From the NCBI RefSeq assembly GCF_937128705.1, contig NZ_CAKZMP010000156.1, forward strand, positions 1,906-65,905: 64,000 nt of DNA. Reading direction: 5' to 3'. The DNA is from an uncultured Kiloniella sp. Lineage in GTDB: Bacteria; Pseudomonadota; Alphaproteobacteria; Kiloniellales; Kiloniellaceae. Numbering within the stretch: position 1 is the stretch's first letter; each line of letters begins with the position of its first letter. A program made the position numbers and the translations under genes. Positions 39,419-47,892 of the stretch are shown here, in pieces. The notes beneath the pieces are model-generated. The model ran no database searches and had not been told where the DNA came from. It saw only the letters and a list, made by a program, of their open reading frames with translations.

Positions 39419-40921
39419 ATGAAACCAATCACCGAAAAAAAACGATCCGGTTCTGAAAAGCAAGAAACGATTAATGCCCGCTTTGTAACAGGAAGCATTC
39501 TTCGGCATGTGATCAATATGACAGCAACCACCTCTGTCGGTTTGATGTCGATCTTTTTTGTTGAACTGGTTGATATGTATTTTATCAGTCTGCTGGGGGA
39601 AGAATCTCTGGCGGCTGCAATTGGGTTTTCCGGTGCGATTACATTCTTCATTTTCTCAATAAGTATTGGACTGTCGATTGGATTAGCTGCTGTCGTCGCC
39701 AGAGTTATCGGGGCTGGTCAGGGTGACCAGGCAAAAAGAGTTATCTTTAACGGCCTGCTCACCTCTTTCGTTATGATGTCCTTAATTGCAGTTCCGGTTT
39801 ATCTCTATACCGAACAGCTTTTATCCCTCGTTGGAGCCGAAGGGAAAACACTGGAATTCGCAGTAAAGTATATGAAGATCACAGTGATATCTTTGCCAAT
39901 CATTTCCATTGGTATGTCTATGGGAGCAGTGCTACGTGCTGTGGGGGCAGCTAAGGCATCCATGATCTCAACGGTGCTGGCTGGTCTAGTTAATATTATA
40001 CTTGATCCACTCTTCATTTTTACGCTGGATTTTCATATCGAAGGTGCGGCCTATGCAACCTTGGTTGCCCGCTTGACCATGGCAATCGTAGCCGCATGGG
40101 TACTTGCACGCCAGCTGGGTTTATCTGTGTTCAAGTTTCAGGGCGGATTAAATCGCGATATCTCTTCAATTTCGAAGATAGCAGTTCCAGCAGCTCTAAC
40201 TAGCTTGGCGACCCCTTTTGCCAATTCTTATGTCACAACATCTGTTGCAGAATTTGGTGCCGATGCGGTTGCCGGTTTGGCGATCATCGGACGTATAACG
40301 CCCTTTGCTTTTGGCGCCGTTTTTGCCTTGTCAGCCGCTATTGGTCCAATTGTGGGTCAAAATATTGGTGCTGTTCAAACCCAACGTGTTAAATCAGCAC
40401 TTAACAGCTCGCTTCTGGTTATATTTGTCGTCGTTTGTGTAACATCACTCATAATGACACTTTTTGCAGATACAATCGCAACAATCTTTAATGCCTCTGG
40501 CCTCAGCGCAGAACTTGTTGTCTTCTTCTGTGTTTTTACCTCGTGGAGTTTTATCTTTAGCGGCGCCCAGTTCATAGCAAATGCAGCCTTTAACAACATG
40601 AACAGGGCAACGTGGTCAACATTTGCCAACTGGGCGAAAGCAACAGTAGGTACAGTTCCTTTTATTTGGCTTGGCGGAGAATGGGCCGGAGCAAAAGGTA
40701 TTATCGCGGGACAGGCTATCGGATCTGTAATTTTCGGCTTTATCACGATTATCGTGGCCTATAAAATAGTGAGTTCTCCAATTAAAAACCCAAACAAACA
40801 AGATGACAGAACACGCTATTTCGGGGCATGGTTACCTGCTATATTACCTCAGTTCGGTTGGCAGAGATTCATGGAAGAAAGATGGAATGCGGACCAGCGT
40901 GATAAAAATAACGGTGACTAA
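39419..40921 (+). CDS. MATE family efflux transporter
   Basis: FVTGSILRH, FFVELVDMYFISLLG, NIILDPLFIF...GAAYAT, GQNIGA; 12 TM-like segments. Confidence 0.92.
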   Translation: MKPITEKKRSGSEKQETINARFVTGSILRHVINMTATTSVGLMSIFFVELVDMYFISLLGEESLAAAIGFSGAITFFIFSISIGLSIGLAAVVARVIGAGQGDQAKRVIFNGLLTSFVMMSLIAVPVYLYTEQLLSLVGAEGKTLEFAVKYMKITVISLPIISIGMSMGAVLRAVGAAKASMISTVLAGLVNIILDPLFIFTLDFHIEGAAYATLVARLTMAIVAAWVLARQLGLSVFKFQGGLNRDISSISKIAVPAALTSLATPFANSYVTTSVAEFGADAVAGLAIIGRITPFAFGAVFALSAAIGPIVGQNIGAVQTQRVKSALNSSLLVIFVVVCVTSLIMTLFADTIATIFNASGLSAELVVFFCVFTSWSFIFSGAQFIANAAFNNMNRATWSTFANWAKATVGTVPFIWLGGEWAGAKGIIAGQAIGSVIFGFITIIVAYKIVSSPIKNPNKQDDRTRYFGAWLPAILPQFGWQRFMEERWNADQRDKNNGD

Positions 40922-40978
40922 CTTTTAGCAATTTCGCCAAAACAACCAAGAGAATTGATAAAGAGAAAGATTAAGAGC

Positions 40979-41524
40979 ATGACCACCGCTCCTCAAATTG
41001 AAGTAACAATCTCTTTTCTCGAAATGTTAGAAAGACCTCACAATCTAAATTTGCATTCACCACAAGGGAAAAAAACATCCCTTATCCGTGCTTATAAACC
41101 AACTGTGTCCTTTTATCGCTATCTGTACAACACGATAGGGGAACCTTGGTTATGGTGGGAAAGGCGTACGCTGTCTAACGATGAATTATTGCAAATAATT
41201 CAGGATGAAAATGTAGAGATCTACGTTCTTTATTATGACGGTGTTCCCGCAGGATATGCGGAACTTGATAGACGCACCCCCAAAGAGATTGACCTCGCCT
41301 ACATGGGATTAATACCCGACTTTATTGGCCAAAAACTTGGTCCCTATCTATTATCGTCAGTGATTGATATTGCATGGTCATACGAACCCAAGCGCTTAAC
41401 TGTAAATACCTGTAGCCTTGATCACCCCAGAGCACTCAGCGTATATCAAAAGCATGGATTTAATATTTACGATAGAAACATCAAAATAATTGATGACCCC
41501 AAATTTAACGACACAACACAATAA
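40979..41524 (+). CDS. GNAT family N-acetyltransferase
   Basis: PAGYAELD, AYMGLIPDFIGQKLGPYLL acetyl-CoA loop, TCSLDHPRALSVYQKHGF. Confidence 0.9.
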   Translation: MTTAPQIEVTISFLEMLERPHNLNLHSPQGKKTSLIRAYKPTVSFYRYLYNTIGEPWLWWERRTLSNDELLQIIQDENVEIYVLYYDGVPAGYAELDRRTPKEIDLAYMGLIPDFIGQKLGPYLLSSVIDIAWSYEPKRLTVNTCSLDHPRALSVYQKHGFNIYDRNIKIIDDPKFNDTTQ

Positions 41525-41530
41525 AGGTGT

Positions 41531-42547
41531 TCAGTTAACTGCCAAAACTCCGCCATTGGCCACCAATTTATTTGGCCCTCTTTCGAGTGTTATAGTACCA
41601 TTGACAAAATGACGTTCATAGATTTCCTGGTAGTTACCGTATCTTTGTAGAACCCGATAAGACCAATTTGAATCAAGCCCAAGTTCTGTCCCAAAAGAGC
41701 CTTTGACACCAAGCAATTTTTGAACTTCGGGATTGAGTGTCGTTGAAGCTATATAATCAACGTTTTGAGAATTAATATCCCAACGCTCGCTGTCCAACAA
41801 TGTATGTGCATAAAATTGCACGATTTCCTTCCAGTCCACATCCCGAGATGAAACAATCATCCCTAAGCTATTATTTGAAGATGAAGAACTCAAAACTAAC
41901 GGATCAGGAAAGATCCCGGATATCTTTTGTAAAAAAATAGATTGCTCGACCCTGGGCAGTGCCACGGCTCTGCATCCATGACTTTTCACAGCTTTAAATA
42001 GTTCGCCTTCCGACTTGTAACTCACAACCCCAAAGCTGACCTGATGTTTTTGGCTAAATATCGCTAGGCTCGTTTTATCAACCCATTCAAGTGAGCAAAT
42101 TTTCTTGCCGTTAAGATCATCAACACGATAACCTTTGAATAGAATAGCAACATCAAGATTATTGAGGAAAAGCGTTGCTATATTTTGATGATGCTCCTGA
42201 TGCGATAAGAGCCGATTATCTGCCAATGCAATAACATCAACTTTTCCTTCAGCCAGGTTTCGGCCAGCATTGCTCTCGTTCAACGTAATTAATTTTACAG
42301 CACTTGGATCTGGAAACAGAGCTAATGCAAGACCGCGACACAGCTCTCTCCCCATATCATCTATTGGTGATTTGGAAAGAAAAGTCGTTTTGACAACGCC
42401 ACACCGAAGATATCCCCGGTCCTCAACCCTGTCGCGAACTTCACCTGCATTTGAATAACTAAAAAGGCCAATGTACCCAATAGCGACAAGTAAAGGATAC
42501 CAGATATATTGGGTAATATTTTGTTTCATGAAATCAGCGTTCAGCAA
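41531..42547 (-). CDS. Divergent AapJ/BztA-like amino acid ABC substrate-binding protein
   Basis: RGYLRCGV, LCRGLALAL..DPSAVK, LLGVKGSFGTELGLDSNWSYRVL...GNYQEIYER, ERGPN..NGG; ligand-binding segments diverged. Confidence 0.75.
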   Translation of the reverse strand: MLNADFMKQNITQYIWYPLLVAIGYIGLFSYSNAGEVRDRVEDRGYLRCGVVKTTFLSKSPIDDMGRELCRGLALALFPDPSAVKLITLNESNAGRNLAEGKVDVIALADNRLLSHQEHHQNIATLFLNNLDVAILFKGYRVDDLNGKKICSLEWVDKTSLAIFSQKHQVSFGVVSYKSEGELFKAVKSHGCRAVALPRVEQSIFLQKISGIFPDPLVLSSSSSNNSLGMIVSSRDVDWKEIVQFYAHTLLDSERWDINSQNVDYIASTTLNPEVQKLLGVKGSFGTELGLDSNWSYRVLQRYGNYQEIYERHFVNGTITLERGPNKLVANGGVLAVN

Positions 42548-42589
42548 CTCATAAATAGTTCAATAAATAACACCCAATATATCACAAAC

Positions 42590-42994
42590 TTATTTTTTCT
42601 CGATAAGTTCGATTTTATAGCCGTCTGGGTCTTCAATAAAAGCAATTACAGTAGAGCCGTGTGCCATCGGGCCAGGCTTTCGAGGAATATTGACACCTTC
42701 TTTTTCAAGTAACTCACAGGTTTTGTATATGTCAGGCACACCGAGCGCTAAATGACCAAATCCGTTCCCAAGATCGTAGGCATCAGTTTGATCCCAATTA
42801 TGGGTGAGTTCAATAACAGTATTATTGTCTTCATCACCATACCCCAGAAAGGCTAAGGTAAACTTTCCAGAAGGGTAATCGTTTTTTCGCAGAAGCTTCA
42901 TACCAAGATGACGAGAGTAAAAATCAATAGATTTTTCAAGATCCAAAACTCTGATCATCGTATGTAAAAACCGAAAGGAGGTATTTTCTGACAT
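42590..42994 (-). CDS. gloA: Lactoylglutathione lyase
   Basis: FLHTMIRVLDLEKSIDFY, IELTHNW, GFGHLAL, FIEDPDGYKIELI. Confidence 0.96.
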   Translation of the reverse strand: MSENTSFRFLHTMIRVLDLEKSIDFYSRHLGMKLLRKNDYPSGKFTLAFLGYGDEDNNTVIELTHNWDQTDAYDLGNGFGHLALGVPDIYKTCELLEKEGVNIPRKPGPMAHGSTVIAFIEDPDGYKIELIEKK

Positions 42995-43031
42995 ATTTTT
43001 TCCTTAGAGATACAAGTATTTTGGTAAAAAA

Positions 43032-44210
43032 TTAATGCTTAGCTTCCGCAATAACGGATAAAATTGTCTTTGCAGCTTTTGTACTCGGCATATCGTCCCC
43101 GGCTTTTAACTTCACAATCGCCTCTCGATAGCCATTGATCTGTTCTTCTCTTTTTTCTTTATTGTGAAAGAGAGAAGATATCTGCTTTACCAGATCAGGA
43201 GCATTGCACTTTTCCTGTATTAATTCTGGTTGAACTTCCCGGTCCAACAGAATATTGGCAAGACTTGCGTATTTTATCTTCACAAGAAATTTTGCCAGAA
43301 AAGCCGTAACCGGAGACACTTTGTAAGCAACGACTGTTGGAACATGGTCGACTGCCAGCTCCAAAGCAACCGTCCCCGAAGCAGCCAAAGCAACATCTGA
43401 ACATTTAAATGCTTTATGTTTGCCCGTTACGCCTTCGATAACACGAACAGGTGTTGGCCAATTATCGGCTAAATCATCAATAGCAGAACGAACATTTTTC
43501 ACTGTGGGAATAACACACTGTAAATTCGGTAGGGTTTTCACCAATTCCGCAACAGCCTCTTTAAAGACAGGCCCAAGCCTTGCAACTTCACCCCGGCGGC
43601 TACCGGGTAATACAGTTAGGATTGGGGCCGTAGCATCAAGTGAAAGCTCTTTACAGATTCCAACTCTATCCAACACAGTCATCAGCTCACCTTCAAGAAC
43701 AGGATGACCGACAAACGTTGTCGCCAAGCCATGCTTCTCAAAATACGGAGGCTCAAAAGGAAGGAGAGTCAGCAAATGATCTAGATATTTCGAAATCTTC
43801 TCAGCTCGTTTAGGCTTCCATGCCCATACCGACGGCGCGACATAATGGATAAGAGGTATCGATGTCTCTTTGAGGCCCTTGCTTACTTTTAAGCTAAAGC
43901 CCGGCGCATCAATTGTGATAAGGGCTGACGGCTTTGTTTCGAGAACATGTTCTTTGGTTTGCTTTATACGTCTTAAGATATTCGGTATATGGGGCAACAC
44001 TTCGGCCAACCCCATAACAGATATCTCTGAAATCGGAAAAAGACTTTCCAAGCCTTCAGCGGACATCCGCTCGCCGCCAATACCAATAAATTGTATATTA
44101 CCTTGCGTTTCTTCCTTTAATGCAGCCATAAGGCGTGCGCCCAGTTGATCACCCGAAGGTTCACCGGCGATGATATAAAGTAAAGGAACGTTGTTTTTGG
44201 GTTCAGTCAT
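43032..44210 (-). CDS. lpxB: Lipid-A-disaccharide synthase
   Basis: IIAGEPSGDQLG, ITIDAPGF, HYVAPSVWAW, FVGHP, LPGSRRGE, ASGTVALE. Confidence 0.97.
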   Translation of the reverse strand: MTEPKNNVPLLYIIAGEPSGDQLGARLMAALKEETQGNIQFIGIGGERMSAEGLESLFPISEISVMGLAEVLPHIPNILRRIKQTKEHVLETKPSALITIDAPGFSLKVSKGLKETSIPLIHYVAPSVWAWKPKRAEKISKYLDHLLTLLPFEPPYFEKHGLATTFVGHPVLEGELMTVLDRVGICKELSLDATAPILTVLPGSRRGEVARLGPVFKEAVAELVKTLPNLQCVIPTVKNVRSAIDDLADNWPTPVRVIEGVTGKHKAFKCSDVALAASGTVALELAVDHVPTVVAYKVSPVTAFLAKFLVKIKYASLANILLDREVQPELIQEKCNAPDLVKQISSLFHNKEKREEQINGYREAIVKLKAGDDMPSTKAAKTILSVIAEAKH

Positions 44211-45030
44211 AATCAGCAGGTTCAATTCCTATAAGAAAGAGCCCTGCCTCATTGGCAAGTTGAACGACAGCATCCCGGTCAACAACCAAAGCACCACCTG
44301 CTTCAATCGCTATCCCCCTTAGTCCAGCTTTAACGGCTCTTTTTACCGTTTCCACGCCAATCGTTGGTAAATCAGCTCGTCGTTCCTGCTGTGGTTTTTT
44401 TAGCTTAACCAAAACACCACCCGCAGCATCACGTTTCAGGTCGGCACAACGATCAATAAGTGCATCAGTTCCCTCAATCGCTTCCACCCCAAGGACAAGT
44501 CCTTGTTGTACGACAACCGACTGCCCAACATCAGCTAAGCCCATCAAGCGACCAACTTCAACCCCGCGCTTGATATCTGCATAAGCTTGATCATCAGGGG
44601 TATGTTTCCCATAAGTCTCTTTAGTTGCTAAAAGATCATGCAAAATATCATCGACCCCAATAAGGTTAAAACCTTCAGCTTCGAGGGCAGAAACAACCGA
44701 TTTTAGCAACCCATCATCCCCAAGGCTCTTTGCGCCTATCTTTGCAAAGAATTGCAAGGCACGCCAGTCAGGACGAAGCTCTGCCATTGAGGGTCTTTTG
44801 ACAGGCCCAATCATGACTAGATCTGTTACTTGTTCTTTTCTTAATGTAGAGAGGATTTCACCCGCAGCGCCCAATCTCGACCAAAAGTGATTTATGCCCG
44901 TGATTGTTTCGTTATCTGTTTGCCCTTTAAAGGCAACGACAAAGAAATCTCGTCCGGTCTCTTGGCATAATTTAATCAAACGCCGGGGAAGTTCTCCTCC
45001 CCCGGCTAAAATTCCAAGCTTGCCGGACAT
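44203..45030 (-). CDS. lpxI: UDP-2,3-diacylglucosamine diphosphatase LpxI
   Basis: LGILAGGGELP, DVGQSVVV, EAIEGTD, KPQQERRADLPTIG; between lpxA and lpxB. Confidence 0.95.
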   Translation of the reverse strand: MSGKLGILAGGGELPRRLIKLCQETGRDFFVVAFKGQTDNETITGINHFWSRLGAAGEILSTLRKEQVTDLVMIGPVKRPSMAELRPDWRALQFFAKIGAKSLGDDGLLKSVVSALEAEGFNLIGVDDILHDLLATKETYGKHTPDDQAYADIKRGVEVGRLMGLADVGQSVVVQQGLVLGVEAIEGTDALIDRCADLKRDAAGGVLVKLKKPQQERRADLPTIGVETVKRAVKAGLRGIAIEAGGALVVDRDAVVQLANEAGLFLIGIEPADYD

Positions 45031-45813
45031 TTATTTCGGTTGGCAAATAGCACGCGAAGAGTCTGTGCCAATAAAGTCCAGAACTTCTTTCGCAGTAGGA
45101 TTATCAGAATAGGTTTTCTTTGCGTTTTCAAGGCGTTCAGAAAGCGTTCCTTCATCAGAGAAAAGCATTTTGAAAACGGATTGTAAGCTGGAAATATCAT
45201 CACGTGGCACACCATGGCGTTTCATGCCAACAAGATTAAGCCCGCTCAATCTTGCGCGTTCCCCCATAACCATACCAAAGGGAATGACATCATTTTCAAC
45301 ACCAGACATCCCGCCAATCATAGCATTACGTCCAATCCGAACGAACTGATGTACAGCTGAAAGTCCGCCGATTATGGCATAATCATCAACTTCAACATGA
45401 CCGCCCAATGTCGCGTTATTCACAAGAATAACATTATTACCAAGAATACAATCATGAGCTATGTGAGCAGACATCATCAGAAGGCAGTTATCACCTACTC
45501 TCGTAACTAGTCCGCCACCCGTTGTTCCGGGGTTAATTGTTACGTGTTCACGAATACGATTATTCTTGCCTATAACAAGCTCTGACTTTTCACCATCAAA
45601 CTTTAAATCTTGTGGTTGATGCCCAATCGAAGCAAAGGGGAAAATAACGGTTCCCTCGCCAATAGACGTATTTCCCGCAATAACAACATGGCTATGTAAA
45701 ACAACATTTGCATCCAGTTTTACGTTTGAACCAACAATACAATAGGGTCCGATTTCAGCTGTTTCATGAACTGTCGCACCATCTTCAACGATAGCGGTGG
45801 AATGAATAGTCAC
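45031..45813 (-). CDS. lpxA: UDP-N-acetylglucosamine O-acyltransferase
   Basis: Hexapeptide repeats, PQDLKF, IREHVTI, AHIAHDC, AVHQFVRIG. Confidence 0.97.
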   Translation of the reverse strand: MTIHSTAIVEDGATVHETAEIGPYCIVGSNVKLDANVVLHSHVVIAGNTSIGEGTVIFPFASIGHQPQDLKFDGEKSELVIGKNNRIREHVTINPGTTGGGLVTRVGDNCLLMMSAHIAHDCILGNNVILVNNATLGGHVEVDDYAIIGGLSAVHQFVRIGRNAMIGGMSGVENDVIPFGMVMGERARLSGLNLVGMKRHGVPRDDISSLQSVFKMLFSDEGTLSERLENAKKTYSDNPTAKEVLDFIGTDSSRAICQPK

Positions 45814-45815
45814 AA

Positions 45816-46286
45816 TCAGTCGTCCATAATCATTGCGGCAAATTTGGCTTCTGCGACAAGCTTTCCATCAACCATAGCTTTACCCTCAAATTTCCAAACC
45901 GCGCCACGGCTACGTGTTTTCGTAACATGAATTTTAAGTTGGTCCCCAGGTGTAACTGGCTTACGGAAACGGGCTTCGTCAACCGTCATGAAATAGACCA
46001 ATTTACCCGCCGCTTCGCCATCTAGGGTTTCAACAACAAGTACTGCCGCCGTTTGCGCCATGGCTTCAACTATCAAGACCCCAGGCATAATCGGTTGTCT
46101 AGGGAAATGTCCCTCGAAGAAAGGCTCATTAATAGTTACATTCTTTAGGCCTACAGCACCTTCGTCTTTGATAATATTATCAACACGATCAATGAGTAGG
46201 AAAGGGTAACGATGGGGAATCATTTCCTTGATTTCAAGGATGCCTACAGAGCGTCCCTCTCCCGTTGTTACAGCTTCTTCACTCAT
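45816..46286 (-). CDS. fabZ: 3-hydroxyacyl-ACP dehydratase FabZ
   Basis: [33 protein letters not shown]. Confidence 0.97.
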   Translation of the reverse strand: MSEEAVTTGEGRSVGILEIKEMIPHRYPFLLIDRVDNIIKDEGAVGLKNVTINEPFFEGHFPRQPIMPGVLIVEAMAQTAAVLVVETLDGEAAGKLVYFMTVDEARFRKPVTPGDQLKIHVTKTRSRGAVWKFEGKAMVDGKLVAEAKFAAMIMDD

Positions 46287-47315
46287 TTAACTACCTTTCT
46301 TCGTATTCAACTGTTTTTTCCACATTGCAACCAAACGGAAAAAATCTTTAATCGGCATAGCAGGAGTACCGGCAACGGCCTGTCCAGCTTCTACATCTTT
46401 GATAACAGCAGCACGTCCAGCAATTTGAACACCTGTTCCCATCGTAATATGGCCGCTAACACCCGATTGCGCCCCCATCACCACATAATCACCAAGAACA
46501 CTACTACCAGCAATGCCCGACTGAGCAACAACGACACACTGCTTACCCATTTGAACGTTGTGACCAATTTGTACAAGGTTATCGATCTTGGTACCGTCCC
46601 CAATAATAGTATCAGGACCGGCGCCTCTATCAATCGTAGAGTTCGCACCAATCTCTACATTATTACCGACAATAACCCGTCCTAATTGAGGAACATCAAC
46701 ATACCCATCAGGTTCCATTGCAAACCCAAATCCACGGTTGCCTATACGGACCCCAGAATGAATCTGACAATTGTTCCCGATAAAAGCATATTCAACAGTC
46801 GCATTTGCGCCAACACTCGTATTTTCGCCAATTTTGCAACCGTCGTGGATAACGACGTTAGGTGCGAGATAACACCCACTTTTAATCTCGACATTTTCTC
46901 CAATAGCCACACCAGCAGAAATAACACAGTTATCGCCTACAGAAGCTGTCTTTGCGATGACGGCTGTCGAATGAATAGCACCAGATACATTTTTATTATC
47001 GGAATAAAATTTCTGGGCAATCAGAGCATACGATTTATACGGCTTATCAGTCAGTATCAGCGATGTTCCCGTCGGAGCTTTTCCCGCAAACTTTTTTTCC
47101 AGAATGCAAACACCTGCCGACGTATCAGCCAAGGCAGAAACGTATTTCTTGTTATCCAAAAAACTAATTTCTGTTTTACCCGCGTCTTCTAAAGCACCGA
47201 CGTCTGTAACAAGAAAACTCGGGTCTGAACCTTCAGAAAGCTCTCCCCCGACATAGTCACAGAGTTCTTGTAGAGAAAAAGGACCCGCATTATGAAAAAA
47301 ACGAGAATCAGCCAT
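46287..47315 (-). CDS. lpxD: UDP-3-O-(3-hydroxyacyl)glucosamine N-acyltransferase
   Basis: ISFLDNKKY, hexapeptide repeats, GFGF, IDRGAGPDT, KIDNLVQIGHN. Confidence 0.97.
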   Translation of the reverse strand: MADSRFFHNAGPFSLQELCDYVGGELSEGSDPSFLVTDVGALEDAGKTEISFLDNKKYVSALADTSAGVCILEKKFAGKAPTGTSLILTDKPYKSYALIAQKFYSDNKNVSGAIHSTAVIAKTASVGDNCVISAGVAIGENVEIKSGCYLAPNVVIHDGCKIGENTSVGANATVEYAFIGNNCQIHSGVRIGNRGFGFAMEPDGYVDVPQLGRVIVGNNVEIGANSTIDRGAGPDTIIGDGTKIDNLVQIGHNVQMGKQCVVVAQSGIAGSSVLGDYVVMGAQSGVSGHITMGTGVQIAGRAAVIKDVEAGQAVAGTPAMPIKDFFRLVAMWKKQLNTKKGS

Positions 47316-47334
47316 GATATCAGGTGCTCAAATA

Positions 47335-47889
47335 CTATTTTAATGTCAACGCAGGTAACGAAGCATTCAGCTTTTGTATAACTTCATCTGTTACATCAAG
47401 GCTACTCTGGGAATAAACCAAAGACGTCTTTGCCAAAATCAAATCTAATTTTCTCGCATCGACGATCTGATTAATAACGACATCAAGGTGTTTTTTGATT
47501 TCATTCAATCCAGAGTTTCTTAATTGAGTAAGGCTCTTGTTCCGTTCTTTAGCTTCACTACGAATCATTGCAGCTTGCTTATCCAAATCGGCTTTCTGTT
47601 GTGCAAATACTTCAGGCGCAAGAATAGATTTTTGCCTAACCAACTCCTGATGTTTGCTCAATAAACCTTGTTCTTTTTGACGAAACTCTTGTTGGAACTG
47701 ATTCTTGCGTCCCACAACAGTTTGATTAACTTGCTGCATAGCCTTTGAAGATTGAAATACTTTTTTAGTATCAACAACCGCAATTTTAAGAGCTAAATCT
47801 TGGGCATTCGCACCAGATTTCACCGCAAATATTCCACCAAAGACAGCGACAACAACAAAAAGAGTGGCAATTTTTTTCATATAAATCAT
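47335..47889 (-). CDS. skp: OmpH/Skp family periplasmic chaperone
   Basis: Signal peptide, KIAVVDTKKVF, coiled coil, LDVTDEVIQKLN; between bamA and lpxD. Confidence 0.85.
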   Translation of the reverse strand: MIYMKKIATLFVVVAVFGGIFAVKSGANAQDLALKIAVVDTKKVFQSSKAMQQVNQTVVGRKNQFQQEFRQKEQGLLSKHQELVRQKSILAPEVFAQQKADLDKQAAMIRSEAKERNKSLTQLRNSGLNEIKKHLDVVINQIVDARKLDLILAKTSLVYSQSSLDVTDEVIQKLNASLPALTLK

Positions 47890-47892
47890 TAC

